Positions 33,996 to 40,584 of a DNA stretch of 40,584 nt are shown piece after piece; the first letter of the stretch is position 1, and every line of letters begins with the position of its first letter. This DNA comes from a virus (taxonomy: Duplodnaviria > Caudoviricetes). The stretch spans positions 1-40,584 of the IMG/VR virus record IMGVR_UViG_3300036773_000261. The stretch is one strand, 5' to 3'. The position numbers and the translations under genes are program-made. Below the pieces are notes generated by a model. The model had not been told where the DNA came from. It saw only the letters and a program-made list of their open reading frames with translations, and searched no databases.

Positions 33996-34220
33996 ATGGG
34001 ATTCGTGGCCGTACTAAAGCGCTTTGCGGACTATCGCGATGTCAGCCGGCCATCGATCAAGGAGGCCACGGTCTGCGTGACCAAAGAGTACTGCCGGCGA
34101 AAATTGCGACTGAAGAAAGGCGATCCGCTGGTCTATCGCGGACTCACGCTCAAATGCATCGGGTCGAAGGGCTGGCGCGATCGACAGTTCGAATCGGGAA
34201 AACTAGATGATGCATCCTAA
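33996..34220 (+). CDS. Hypothetical protein (N-terminus possibly shifted by C9 tract)
   Basis: GAGG before ATG; overlaps next gene. Confidence 0.6.
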   Translation: MGFVAVLKRFADYRDVSRPSIKEATVCVTKEYCRRKLRLKKGDPLVYRGLTLKCIGSKGWRDRQFESGKLDDAS

Positions 34221-34476
34221 AACCGCGCCACCAGAAATCAAGGCTATGCTCCGCCGCACATTCGCGATTGAGAGGCTACGCAAGGCCGCCCAGGCGTTGC
34301 TCGACGAGAACACCGAGGTTGCTGAGACTTCGTATAAGGAAGTCCACGCAGCCAAGTTCACCAACGAGATGTGGCGCCACGAAGATCCGCGTAACGCGCG
34401 GCTGTGTATCGAACTGCGGAATGCGCTCAAGGAATTGGGGCGATGCTCAGCACGTGCAAAGGATTCAGCCAAATGA
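34207..34476 (+). CDS. Hypothetical protein
   Basis: Stop coupled to next start (ATGA). Confidence 0.6.
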   Translation: MMHPKTAPPEIKAMLRRTFAIERLRKAAQALLDENTEVAETSYKEVHAAKFTNEMWRHEDPRNARLCIELRNALKELGRCSARAKDSAK

Positions 34477-35081
34477 GTCGCCAGCCGACCGAGCAAAGTT
34501 TCCTCAAGGACGTTGCCGCCCACCAAATGACCGTGGTCTCTGAGAACGGCGTACACCGGCACGTGCGATTCAAGCGCCCTGGCACTTACTGCATGCAATT
34601 CGATCTGATTACTTGGCCTGGATATCTGGCCTATTCGGGCGACATGGGCTGCTTCGTTTTCGCGCGCCTCGCGGATATGTTCGAGTTCTTTCGTTCGGAC
34701 CGCAAAGGCTCGGAATTGCAGATCAACACCGGCTATTGGTCGGAAAAACTTGAGGCAGTCAACAAACACTGCGGCTATCGAGAGTTCAGCGCTGATCTGT
34801 TCCGGGAGAGCATCGGGCGCTGGCTGGACGATGCCGAGGCATCAGCCGAACTGCGCGCGGAGGTCGAGGACGACGTGCTGTATCACGCCGATGACGGACA
34901 GGATGCCGCATACCGGGCCGCATTGGACTTCAAGGGGAAAGACGGTTACCGGTTTACCGACTTCTGGGAAGTGAACTGCGCTGAGTACACCTATCATTTC
35001 GTGTGGTGCTGCTACGCGCTGGCCTGGGGCATCCGACAATACGACGCGGCATGCTCAGCACCGCAAAGAGAGGCGAAATGA
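34473..35081 (+). CDS. Conserved-looking phage hypothetical protein
   Basis: FDLITWPGYL.Y.GDMG.FVF.RL.DMFEFFR...IN..YWSEKL pattern; ATGA coupling. Confidence 0.8.
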   Translation: MSRQPTEQSFLKDVAAHQMTVVSENGVHRHVRFKRPGTYCMQFDLITWPGYLAYSGDMGCFVFARLADMFEFFRSDRKGSELQINTGYWSEKLEAVNKHCGYREFSADLFRESIGRWLDDAEASAELRAEVEDDVLYHADDGQDAAYRAALDFKGKDGYRFTDFWEVNCAEYTYHFVWCCYALAWGIRQYDAACSAPQREAK

Positions 35082-35320
35082 GCGAACCGACGATTGCGTC
35101 CGAATGGGAAGACTTTCGCGCGACGGATATCGCCCCCAGTGCGCCAGATAGCCAGCTATCTGAGATGCGCAAAGCGTTCTACGCAGGCGTCGCGTCTGGG
35201 GTGAAACTCGGAATGCTTCGGGCCCCGCAGGTCAATCTGCGCGAGATGAAGGAATACATCGCGGCGGAAGATCGGCGCCGCGCGGCGACACCCGCGCAAA
35301 GAGACTCAGATGGCGAATAA
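35078..35320 (+). CDS. Hypothetical protein
   Basis: AP..Q..EMRKAFYAG pattern; ATGA coupling. Confidence 0.7.
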   Translation: MSEPTIASEWEDFRATDIAPSAPDSQLSEMRKAFYAGVASGVKLGMLRAPQVNLREMKEYIAAEDRRRAATPAQRDSDGE

Positions 35321-35684
35321 ACGCAAAGTTTGGCTCGCGAACAATACGCAGATCGAGATCGTCGATGCTGCCGACTACGACGCGCTCGCCGCCGAGCTGG
35401 CGGGCTGCAAACAGCAACTGGCTCTCGCCCCAACCTACGAAAAGATGATCGCACACAATGGCTCCCAAGAGCGTCGCATTGCCGCGCTGGAGGCGGCGCT
35501 ATGGGACGTAATCGATATAAGCGGCAGATATCCGCATCCCAATGAGCCCGACAAGCTGACGAACGCTCGCAGGATCGCAATGGCTACTGCGGAAATGCCA
35601 GCGGAGTGGGGCTGCTCGTGGACGACCAATAACGGCGACCGCTGCGTGCTGCCGGCCGGGCATGGCGGGAATCACTCACTGTGA
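35310..35684 (+). CDS. Hypothetical coiled-coil protein with C-terminal C/H motif
   Basis: DYDALAAEL, RIAALEAAL, RCVLPAGHGGNH. Confidence 0.65.
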   Translation: MANKRKVWLANNTQIEIVDAADYDALAAELAGCKQQLALAPTYEKMIAHNGSQERRIAALEAALWDVIDISGRYPHPNEPDKLTNARRIAMATAEMPAEWGCSWTTNNGDRCVLPAGHGGNHSL

Positions 35685-35712
35685 AAACCACTTCTGACCG
35701 GGGAGTAGCCAA

Positions 35713-36240
35713 ATGAGCAGATCAGGATACAGCGACGGTGACGATTGCGACTCAGAAGCCATGCTGAGAATGTATGGCTGGCAGGCCAACGTCCAGCGGT
35801 GCATCGGCGGACGGAAGGGTCAAGCGTTCATGTGGGAGCTCTACCAGTCCTTAGAGGCGCTTCCAAAGAAGGAATTGATAACCGGCGCCTTGGTGGACAC
35901 GAGCACACAGAGCGTATGTTCCCTCGGTGCAGTGGCGGTGCATAGGAACATGCGAATTCCCGCTGAGTTCTGCACTACGGGCGCACCGGACGATGAGCCA
36001 GACGACTACGAATTTGCGCAGGCAATGGGGCCGCTCTTCGGACTAAAGGACATGCTGGCGCGCGAGGTGATGTACATCAATGATGAGGATGGAAACCACC
36101 ACTACGTCGACAATGGCTTGACGTATGGGCGACTCGGAGAGATGTACAACCCAACTCGGGAAACTCGGCGGGAGACGCCAGCCGAGCGGTGGCAGCGCGT
36201 GCGGGATTGGGTCGTCTCGGAATTGAAGGGCATCCCATGA
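35713..36240 (+). CDS. Conserved-looking phage hypothetical protein
   Basis: MSRSGYSD, GRKGQAF, LAREVMY.NDE, ETPAERWQRVR.WV; GGGAG RBS. Confidence 0.8.
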   Translation: MSRSGYSDGDDCDSEAMLRMYGWQANVQRCIGGRKGQAFMWELYQSLEALPKKELITGALVDTSTQSVCSLGAVAVHRNMRIPAEFCTTGAPDDEPDDYEFAQAMGPLFGLKDMLAREVMYINDEDGNHHYVDNGLTYGRLGEMYNPTRETRRETPAERWQRVRDWVVSELKGIP

Positions 36241-36788
36241 GTTGGGTTACACCCGAGAAGTTTGCCGCGCAGGTGATTCTGAATGTCTGCGAGTTGCCCG
36301 ACTACACCAGTCCTGACGATCAGCCAGACCTTCTTCAATGCACGGTGAGTGAACTTGAGGCATGCGTAATCAGGGCCTTCGAACACTTCGACACCACTAG
36401 CCGTCCGGTTATGAATCCGCCAGCAGACGAGGCTGAGGCAAGGAACCGGGTACATGCGGCTCCTCGCCAAGCTGATTCGGCAGCCGCGGGCAGAGCAATG
36501 GCAGGGCCGCTAACCGAATCGGAGGCGCGGCCCGTAATGCCCACCGCGCGTTGTTCAAACATGGCACACAAACGGTACGCGATGACCGGCTGTACCGAGT
36601 GCTCAACGAATAACGGGGGTGGCAAATTGAAAATGGTCTCGTGGGTCTGCGATAACTGCGGCAAAACTTGGGAGTTTCCCCACAACGAGCAACCATTGAC
36701 GCACTTCACCTGCCTGGGGCCGACGTGGAAGCACGCAACGTGTCCTGGCACCGTCCGTCCACAGGCGAGTGAGGGGAAAATGCAATGA
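36237..36788 (+). CDS. Hypothetical mosaic protein with Cys clusters
   Basis: ELPD.TSPDDQPD N-domain; CTEC, CDNC; ATGA coupling. Confidence 0.65.
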   Translation: MSWVTPEKFAAQVILNVCELPDYTSPDDQPDLLQCTVSELEACVIRAFEHFDTTSRPVMNPPADEAEARNRVHAAPRQADSAAAGRAMAGPLTESEARPVMPTARCSNMAHKRYAMTGCTECSTNNGGGKLKMVSWVCDNCGKTWEFPHNEQPLTHFTCLGPTWKHATCPGTVRPQASEGKMQ

Positions 36789-37234
36789 ACACGAAACGAC
36801 TGTACGAAATCCTCGCGGCCACCACGGCCCAGTTTCGCCAAGGCGCCGAGGTCGAGGAACATATTGAAGGCGGCGGCCTCAAGGTCAGGGAGATCTATGC
36901 GATGCCGCACGAGAGCGAAGCGCCGGCGGACATCGAAAAGGTCGACATGGTGTTTCTGACGATCGGTGTCGACAAGCCCGCAGCGGAGAAGTATAGACAA
37001 GAATTGCTGGCGCTCCTGGCCGACTATCCACGCCTGAAGGAGGGGCCGTCCTACATCGAGGTCGGTGCCGAGATTGGCGACCAGGGCGCAGCGTTCCAGT
37101 TATTCGCACTGGGTAAAGTCCTGGGCCTGTGGGATGTGATCACGCCGCAGCTCATGGGCTTTGAGGGCGACGAGGCGCGCGAGATGGCCGGCCGCGGCTT
37201 CATCATGTGCTCCGGCTTGCGCGTGGCCGCGTGA
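36785..37234 (+). CDS. Hypothetical protein
   Basis: GPSYIEVGA.IGDQG.A..L.ALG..LGLW.VITP; ATGA coupling. Confidence 0.75.
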   Translation: MNTKRLYEILAATTAQFRQGAEVEEHIEGGGLKVREIYAMPHESEAPADIEKVDMVFLTIGVDKPAAEKYRQELLALLADYPRLKEGPSYIEVGAEIGDQGAAFQLFALGKVLGLWDVITPQLMGFEGDEAREMAGRGFIMCSGLRVAA

Positions 37235-37581
37235 CCAACGTCACCAAATTCCCGGTACAGGTCAAAGACCACAGCAAGGTGATCGCGATCGCCTATCCCT
37301 TCGTCGGTTGCCAGCATAAGCGCGCCATCGTCGATCCCAAGCTCCTCGAGGTCACTTGCGCGGATTGCAATGCCAAGCTAAACCCGATTCAGTTCCTGGT
37401 GATGCTGGCCAACGAAGAGACGATGTGGCAGCACCGACAGATGCAATTTAAGGTCGCGGCGCAGAAGTTAGACGAACGCAAGCGGTGCCGGTGCACGCAC
37501 TGCGGCGAATGGACCGAGATTCGTCGAGTGGGAAACCGTGAGTTGAAGCGCATTGGCGCGGCGCGCGAGGCGAAAACGTGA
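37231..37581 (+). CDS. Zinc-binding hypothetical protein
   Basis: CQH...VTCADC..KLNP, CTHCG; GTGA coupling. Confidence 0.7.
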   Translation: MTNVTKFPVQVKDHSKVIAIAYPFVGCQHKRAIVDPKLLEVTCADCNAKLNPIQFLVMLANEETMWQHRQMQFKVAAQKLDERKRCRCTHCGEWTEIRRVGNRELKRIGAAREAKT

Positions 37582-37826
37582 AGCCAATCCCGATCGCCGC
37601 CGCTCGACGCATTGCCGAAGCCTACGGCTACGATCAGGTTGTCATCATCGCGCGGAAGGTCGGCGATGAGCCCTCACCGCACGGCGAGCATTGCACAACC
37701 TACGGCGTGGACAAGGCTCATTGCGACGTAGCGGCCAGGATCGGGAATTTCTTCAAGCACAAGCTGATGGGCTGGCCGGGTAGGTGCGATTGTCCAGCAC
37801 GTGAAACGCCAGGAGAGCCGAAGTGA
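37578..37826 (+). CDS. Hypothetical protein
   Basis: IPIAAARRIA..YGYDQVVI; GTGA coupling. Confidence 0.7.
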   Translation: MKPIPIAAARRIAEAYGYDQVVIIARKVGDEPSPHGEHCTTYGVDKAHCDVAARIGNFFKHKLMGWPGRCDCPARETPGEPK

Positions 37827-38005
37827 GAATGACGCAGGAGCAAATGACCGCGTTAGCCGCTTTTATAATGGTGTCGGCTCGCGCCGCGGTCGCGGAGCAA
37901 GCGCATCCGTTTAGCGCCACGCGCGAATGGTTGGACGAACGTACGAAGGCTCACGCCAACTTCATCAAGGCCTTCTCTGTCGACACAGAAGGTGGCAAAC
38001 CGTGA
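37823..38005 (+). CDS. Hypothetical protein
   Basis: GTGA coupling; ends TEGGKP. Confidence 0.6.
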   Translation: MRMTQEQMTALAAFIMVSARAAVAEQAHPFSATREWLDERTKAHANFIKAFSVDTEGGKP

Positions 38006-38217
38006 GAGAGGCTGTTTGGGCTGATCTATATCAGCCGCCTGTCTGCGAAGTGTGCGGGCACGAAGGCGAAGTCGGGCGGCGCCCCATTATGTGGAATGGC
38101 TGGACGTGCGAGTTTTGTTTCCGGGCCTGGTACGGCTACGGCGGTACCAATGCCGAGAAATGCAAAGCAATTTCCTTGGATCTACGCTCCAAGGCCGATG
38201 GAGAGGTGAAGCCGTGA
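38002..38217 (+). CDS. Zinc-ribbon microprotein ending DGEVKP
   Basis: GTG start; CEVC...CEFC. Confidence 0.65.
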   Translation: MREAVWADLYQPPVCEVCGHEGEVGRRPIMWNGWTCEFCFRAWYGYGGTNAEKCKAISLDLRSKADGEVKP

Positions 38218-38354
38218 GCGACGATGCTATCGATCCGGATGAGTCCGACGTGCTTTGCAATGAGTGCGGCAAGCCTCTTTGGTATTGCGACTGCGAGGAT
38301 TACAACGAGCGCGAAACAGCCCGCTTGGCTGGCGATGGAGAGGTTAAGCCGTGA
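38214..38354 (+). CDS. Zinc-ribbon microprotein ending DGEVKP
   Basis: GTG start in repeat; CNECGKPLWYCDC. Confidence 0.65.
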   Translation: MSDDAIDPDESDVLCNECGKPLWYCDCEDYNERETARLAGDGEVKP

Positions 38355-38539
38355 GTTGCTCGCACTGCGGGTCCCCGTTTCCGCTCTCTCATTTTGGCGA
38401 TTGCCGCGTCTCGGAGCAGCGCCCCTGCACTCACCCGAACGAATTTGTGCGGCAGCGGCTCGATAGTACGTATTGGTGCCAGCGTTGCAGGACAGATTTA
38501 GGCCTAGACTTCAAGTCTGATGCCGAGGTGAAGCCGTGA
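38351..38539 (+). CDS. Zinc-binding microprotein ending DAEVKP
   Basis: GTG start in repeat; CSHC, CTH...CQRC. Confidence 0.65.
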   Translation: MSCSHCGSPFPLSHFGDCRVSEQRPCTHPNEFVRQRLDSTYWCQRCRTDLGLDFKSDAEVKP

Positions 38540-38815
38540 GCATGGCCCGATTGATCGCCGAGGCGTCCGTGCTGGCTGGCGGTAAGCACCAATGCGCCGA
38601 GCTGGGCCCACGATTGGATCACGGAAGGCGGCCGGCAGTGCCCGCGCAGCACCGATCTACATACCCCGAATTGCTCGCAGTCGGTCTATATGTGCCGGGC
38701 TTGCGGCTGGGAGGATTACGGCGAGAAAGGCGGGCCGGGGCATCGAGACTGTTACGTCCTGGGGCCGTGCTCGTTTGCGTGTTCTGAAATCGACGGAGAA
38801 ACAGAGCATGGGTAA
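38536..38815 (+). pseudogene. Cys-rich protein interrupted by a +1 frameshift
   Basis: Removing one C at 38607-38609 gives ...CAELGHDW..GGRQC...CSQSVYMCRACG.EDYG...DGETEHG* overlapping next start. Confidence 0.65.
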
Positions 38816-39149
38816 CGGCGTGTGGGCCAACTTCGCTAATTTGTCACCAGCGGAAATCGAGCGTCTGGCGCTATTGGCCGAGGAATGCGGAGAGTGCGTC
38901 CAGGCAATCGGCAAGATATTGCGGCATGGATATGAATCACTAGACCCAACGGCAGACGTGCATAACAGCCCAAGCAATCGCCAGCGTCTAGAGCGGGAAA
39001 TGGGCGACGTGCGTGCCGCCATGATTATGCTGTGCGAAGCCGGGGACACCAGCAAGCCGCAGGTACATAGATACGCCGACGACAAGCTGCGCCGCGTTCG
39101 CAAGTACCTGCACCATCAGCCCGATGCCGCCGCGGAGCCGCCGGCGTGA
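38808..39149 (+). CDS. MazG-like nucleotide pyrophosphohydrolase
   Basis: LAEECGECVQAIGKILRHG and LEREMGDV motifs; GGAG RBS. Confidence 0.8.
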   Translation: MGNGVWANFANLSPAEIERLALLAEECGECVQAIGKILRHGYESLDPTADVHNSPSNRQRLEREMGDVRAAMIMLCEAGDTSKPQVHRYADDKLRRVRKYLHHQPDAAAEPPA

Positions 39150-39301
39150 AGCGCCTCCTCTGCTGGTGGCACGGCCATCTCATCAAAGCGACGATCGATG
39201 TCGCCTCGGCCGAAGTGCGCTTCGTCTTCCACTGCGAGCGGTGCGGGCGGATCTTGCCGGGGCCCGAAGTTCTGCCTCGCAAACCTGGGTGGCGCCTGTG
39301 A
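39146..39301 (+). CDS. Small zinc-binding protein (DUF1660-like), absent from ORF track
   Basis: VKRLLCWWHGH...FHCERCG; GTGA coupling at both ends. Confidence 0.65.
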   Translation: MKRLLCWWHGHLIKATIDVASAEVRFVFHCERCGRILPGPEVLPRKPGWRL

Positions 39302-39405
39302 TTCTCCTCATCTGCACGCACTGCTCCCAGCTCTACTGGGCGGCGAGCCGCAACCACGGCCGGCGCTGCCTCTGCGGCCACGAACTCACGGCCTGGCCGA
39401 CATGA
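39298..39405 (+). CDS. 35-aa zinc-ribbon microprotein
   Basis: CTHC...RCLCGHEL; GTGA start, ATGA end. Confidence 0.55.
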   Translation: MILLICTHCSQLYWAASRNHGRRCLCGHELTAWPT

Positions 39406-39608
39406 TCCTGCCCCGTTCCGAAGTCAAGGCGCTCACCGGCTATGTCAGGGCCTCCGCCCAGGTCCGCTGGTTGCGCCGGCACGGCTGGCGGTTCATTGTG
39501 AACGGCCTTGGGGAGCCCGTCGTCGCTCAGGCCGAATTCAACAGGCACATGGTCGGCGGGAAAGCGGCCCAGAATCAGCAACCCAATTTCGAGGAAATCA
39601 ATGGGTAG
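39402..39608 (+). CDS. Excisionase-like protein (DUF4224-like)
   Basis: EV..LTGY.R.SAQ.RWL...G..F.V...G.PVV...PNF; directly before integrase. Confidence 0.85.
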   Translation: MILPRSEVKALTGYVRASAQVRWLRRHGWRFIVNGLGEPVVAQAEFNRHMVGGKAAQNQQPNFEEING

Positions 39609-40584
39609 GCGTCGACGGATTGACAGGCATCTACCCGCGAAGGTCTACCTCGAGCACGGCAGCTATTATTTTCGCGTTGGCAAGACGCCTCGCGTCGACC
39701 TGGGCCGCGAGATCGGGCCCGCGCTGACGAAGTACGCGACGCTGATCGGCGGCGCGTGGAGCTCGCGCACCATGGGGGACATCATCGACCGGTATCGGGC
39801 GGAGATCCTGCCCCTCAAGAAGAGCGCGCAGACCCGGGGCGAGGAAGGCAAGTCGCTGGATCGGCTCAAGAAAGCCTTCGGGCACATGCTGCCGGACAAT
39901 GTCACAGCGCAGCACTGCTACGGGTATATCGATAGCCGTCGATCGAAGGACGGCAAGCCGGTACCGGTGGCGGCGAAACACGAAATCGTGCTGTTTGGGC
40001 ATGTCTTCCGGAAGGCGATTCGGTGGGGCGCGACGGCGGTCAACCCGGCGGCCCGGCTGGAATTGCCGAAGAATAAGAAACGGCGCTACGTGAAGCCAGC
40101 CTGGGTCGATCAGCTCCGCGCCCTGGCCAGCCCCAGGATGCAGCCGGCGATCGACCTGGCGGTCATGGTCGGCCAGCGCCGCGCGGACCTCCTGAAGCTG
40201 CGTTGGACCGATGTACAGGCCGACGGTGTCTACGTGAAACAGAACAAGACCGAGGCCGAGCTCCTGATCGCACATAGCCCGGATCTGGATGCATTACTGG
40301 CGAGGTTGAAGGCGATGACGCCGGACATCCCCTGCGAGTACTTGCTGCGGCGGCCCAACGGGAAGCCTTACACAAAGAGCGGTTTCTCGTCGAACTGGCA
40401 GCGCCTCATGCGCAAACACATCAAGGCCGGCGGCGAGAAATTCACGTTTCACGATCTGCGCAGCGTATCGGCCGACGGCGCGGAGACGGACCAGGAGGCC
40501 CAGGCGCGGCTAGGGCATGCCAGCGTCGAGACGACGAAGCGGTTTTATCGGCGAGGGGTTACGAAGGCGAAGCCGCGGTCATGA
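39601..40584 (+). CDS. int: Tyrosine recombinase / phage integrase
   Basis: GQRRADLL (R), QNKT (K), FHDLR (HxxR), LGH, terminal Y in KRFYRR; GAGG RBS before ATG 39601. Confidence 0.95.
   Translation: MGRRRRIDRHLPAKVYLEHGSYYFRVGKTPRVDLGREIGPALTKYATLIGGAWSSRTMGDIIDRYRAEILPLKKSAQTRGEEGKSLDRLKKAFGHMLPDNVTAQHCYGYIDSRRSKDGKPVPVAAKHEIVLFGHVFRKAIRWGATAVNPAARLELPKNKKRRYVKPAWVDQLRALASPRMQPAIDLAVMVGQRRADLLKLRWTDVQADGVYVKQNKTEAELLIAHSPDLDALLARLKAMTPDIPCEYLLRRPNGKPYTKSGFSSNWQRLMRKHIKAGGEKFTFHDLRSVSADGAETDQEAQARLGHASVETTKRFYRRGVTKAKPRS

Larger units (their letters stand above)
38197..38540 (+). repeat. Three 22-bp direct repeats at gene junctions, GATG(G/C)(A/C)GAGGT(G/T)AAGCCGTGAG
   Basis: Copies at 38197-38218, 38334-38355, 38519-38540; degenerate copy near 37986-38006. 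Confidence 0.9.
1..40584. mobile_element. HK97/lambda-like temperate siphovirus prophage, apparently near-complete
   Basis: Lysis, tail, head, packaging, Q, replication, cro/cI switch, RecT, xis and integrase modules in lambdoid order; att sites not visible in window. Confidence 0.97.

Noticed and set aside
38197-38540. CRISPR array interpretation of the 22-bp repeats
   Set aside because: Spacers are 115 and 163 bp, unequal and protein-coding; repeat is not palindromic; no cas genes
1-40584. attL/attR, tRNA or other structured RNA genes
   Set aside because: Window is cut at a start and a stop codon; no terminal direct repeat or cloverleaf recognised by eye

Overview
The whole window is one GC-rich, HK97/lambda-like temperate siphophage (prophage), cropped at gene boundaries. 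Minus strand, read right to left: cro, replication initiator and helicase-loader-like gene, VRR-NUC-like nuclease, Q-like antiterminator, late promoter, an unusual five-gene fibre/decoration-like block, HNH, cos region, TerS/TerL, portal, ClpP-type protease, capsid, head-tail joining genes, tail tube, G/T chaperones with a -1 frameshift, tape measure, Dit with inserted domains, tail tip, and a lysis cassette with embedded Rz/Rz1. Plus strand: a repressor lacking a peptidase domain, then a long early operon with RecT, a CsrA homologue, a HerA-like ATPase, about 25 small ORFs, MazG-like, xis-like and a tyrosine integrase. Most notable: (1) a tandem array of zinc-ribbon microprotein genes joined by a near-identical 22-bp RBS/stop/start repeat, within a wider run of related junctions; (2) a small early protein ending in the FtsZ C-terminal peptide PAFLRKQ at the lambda kil position; (3) a Pro/Trp-rich protein with exact 120-nt (40-aa) periodicity in a putative appendage module between Q and terminase. 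Family names are recalled from sequence patterns; no database search was run.
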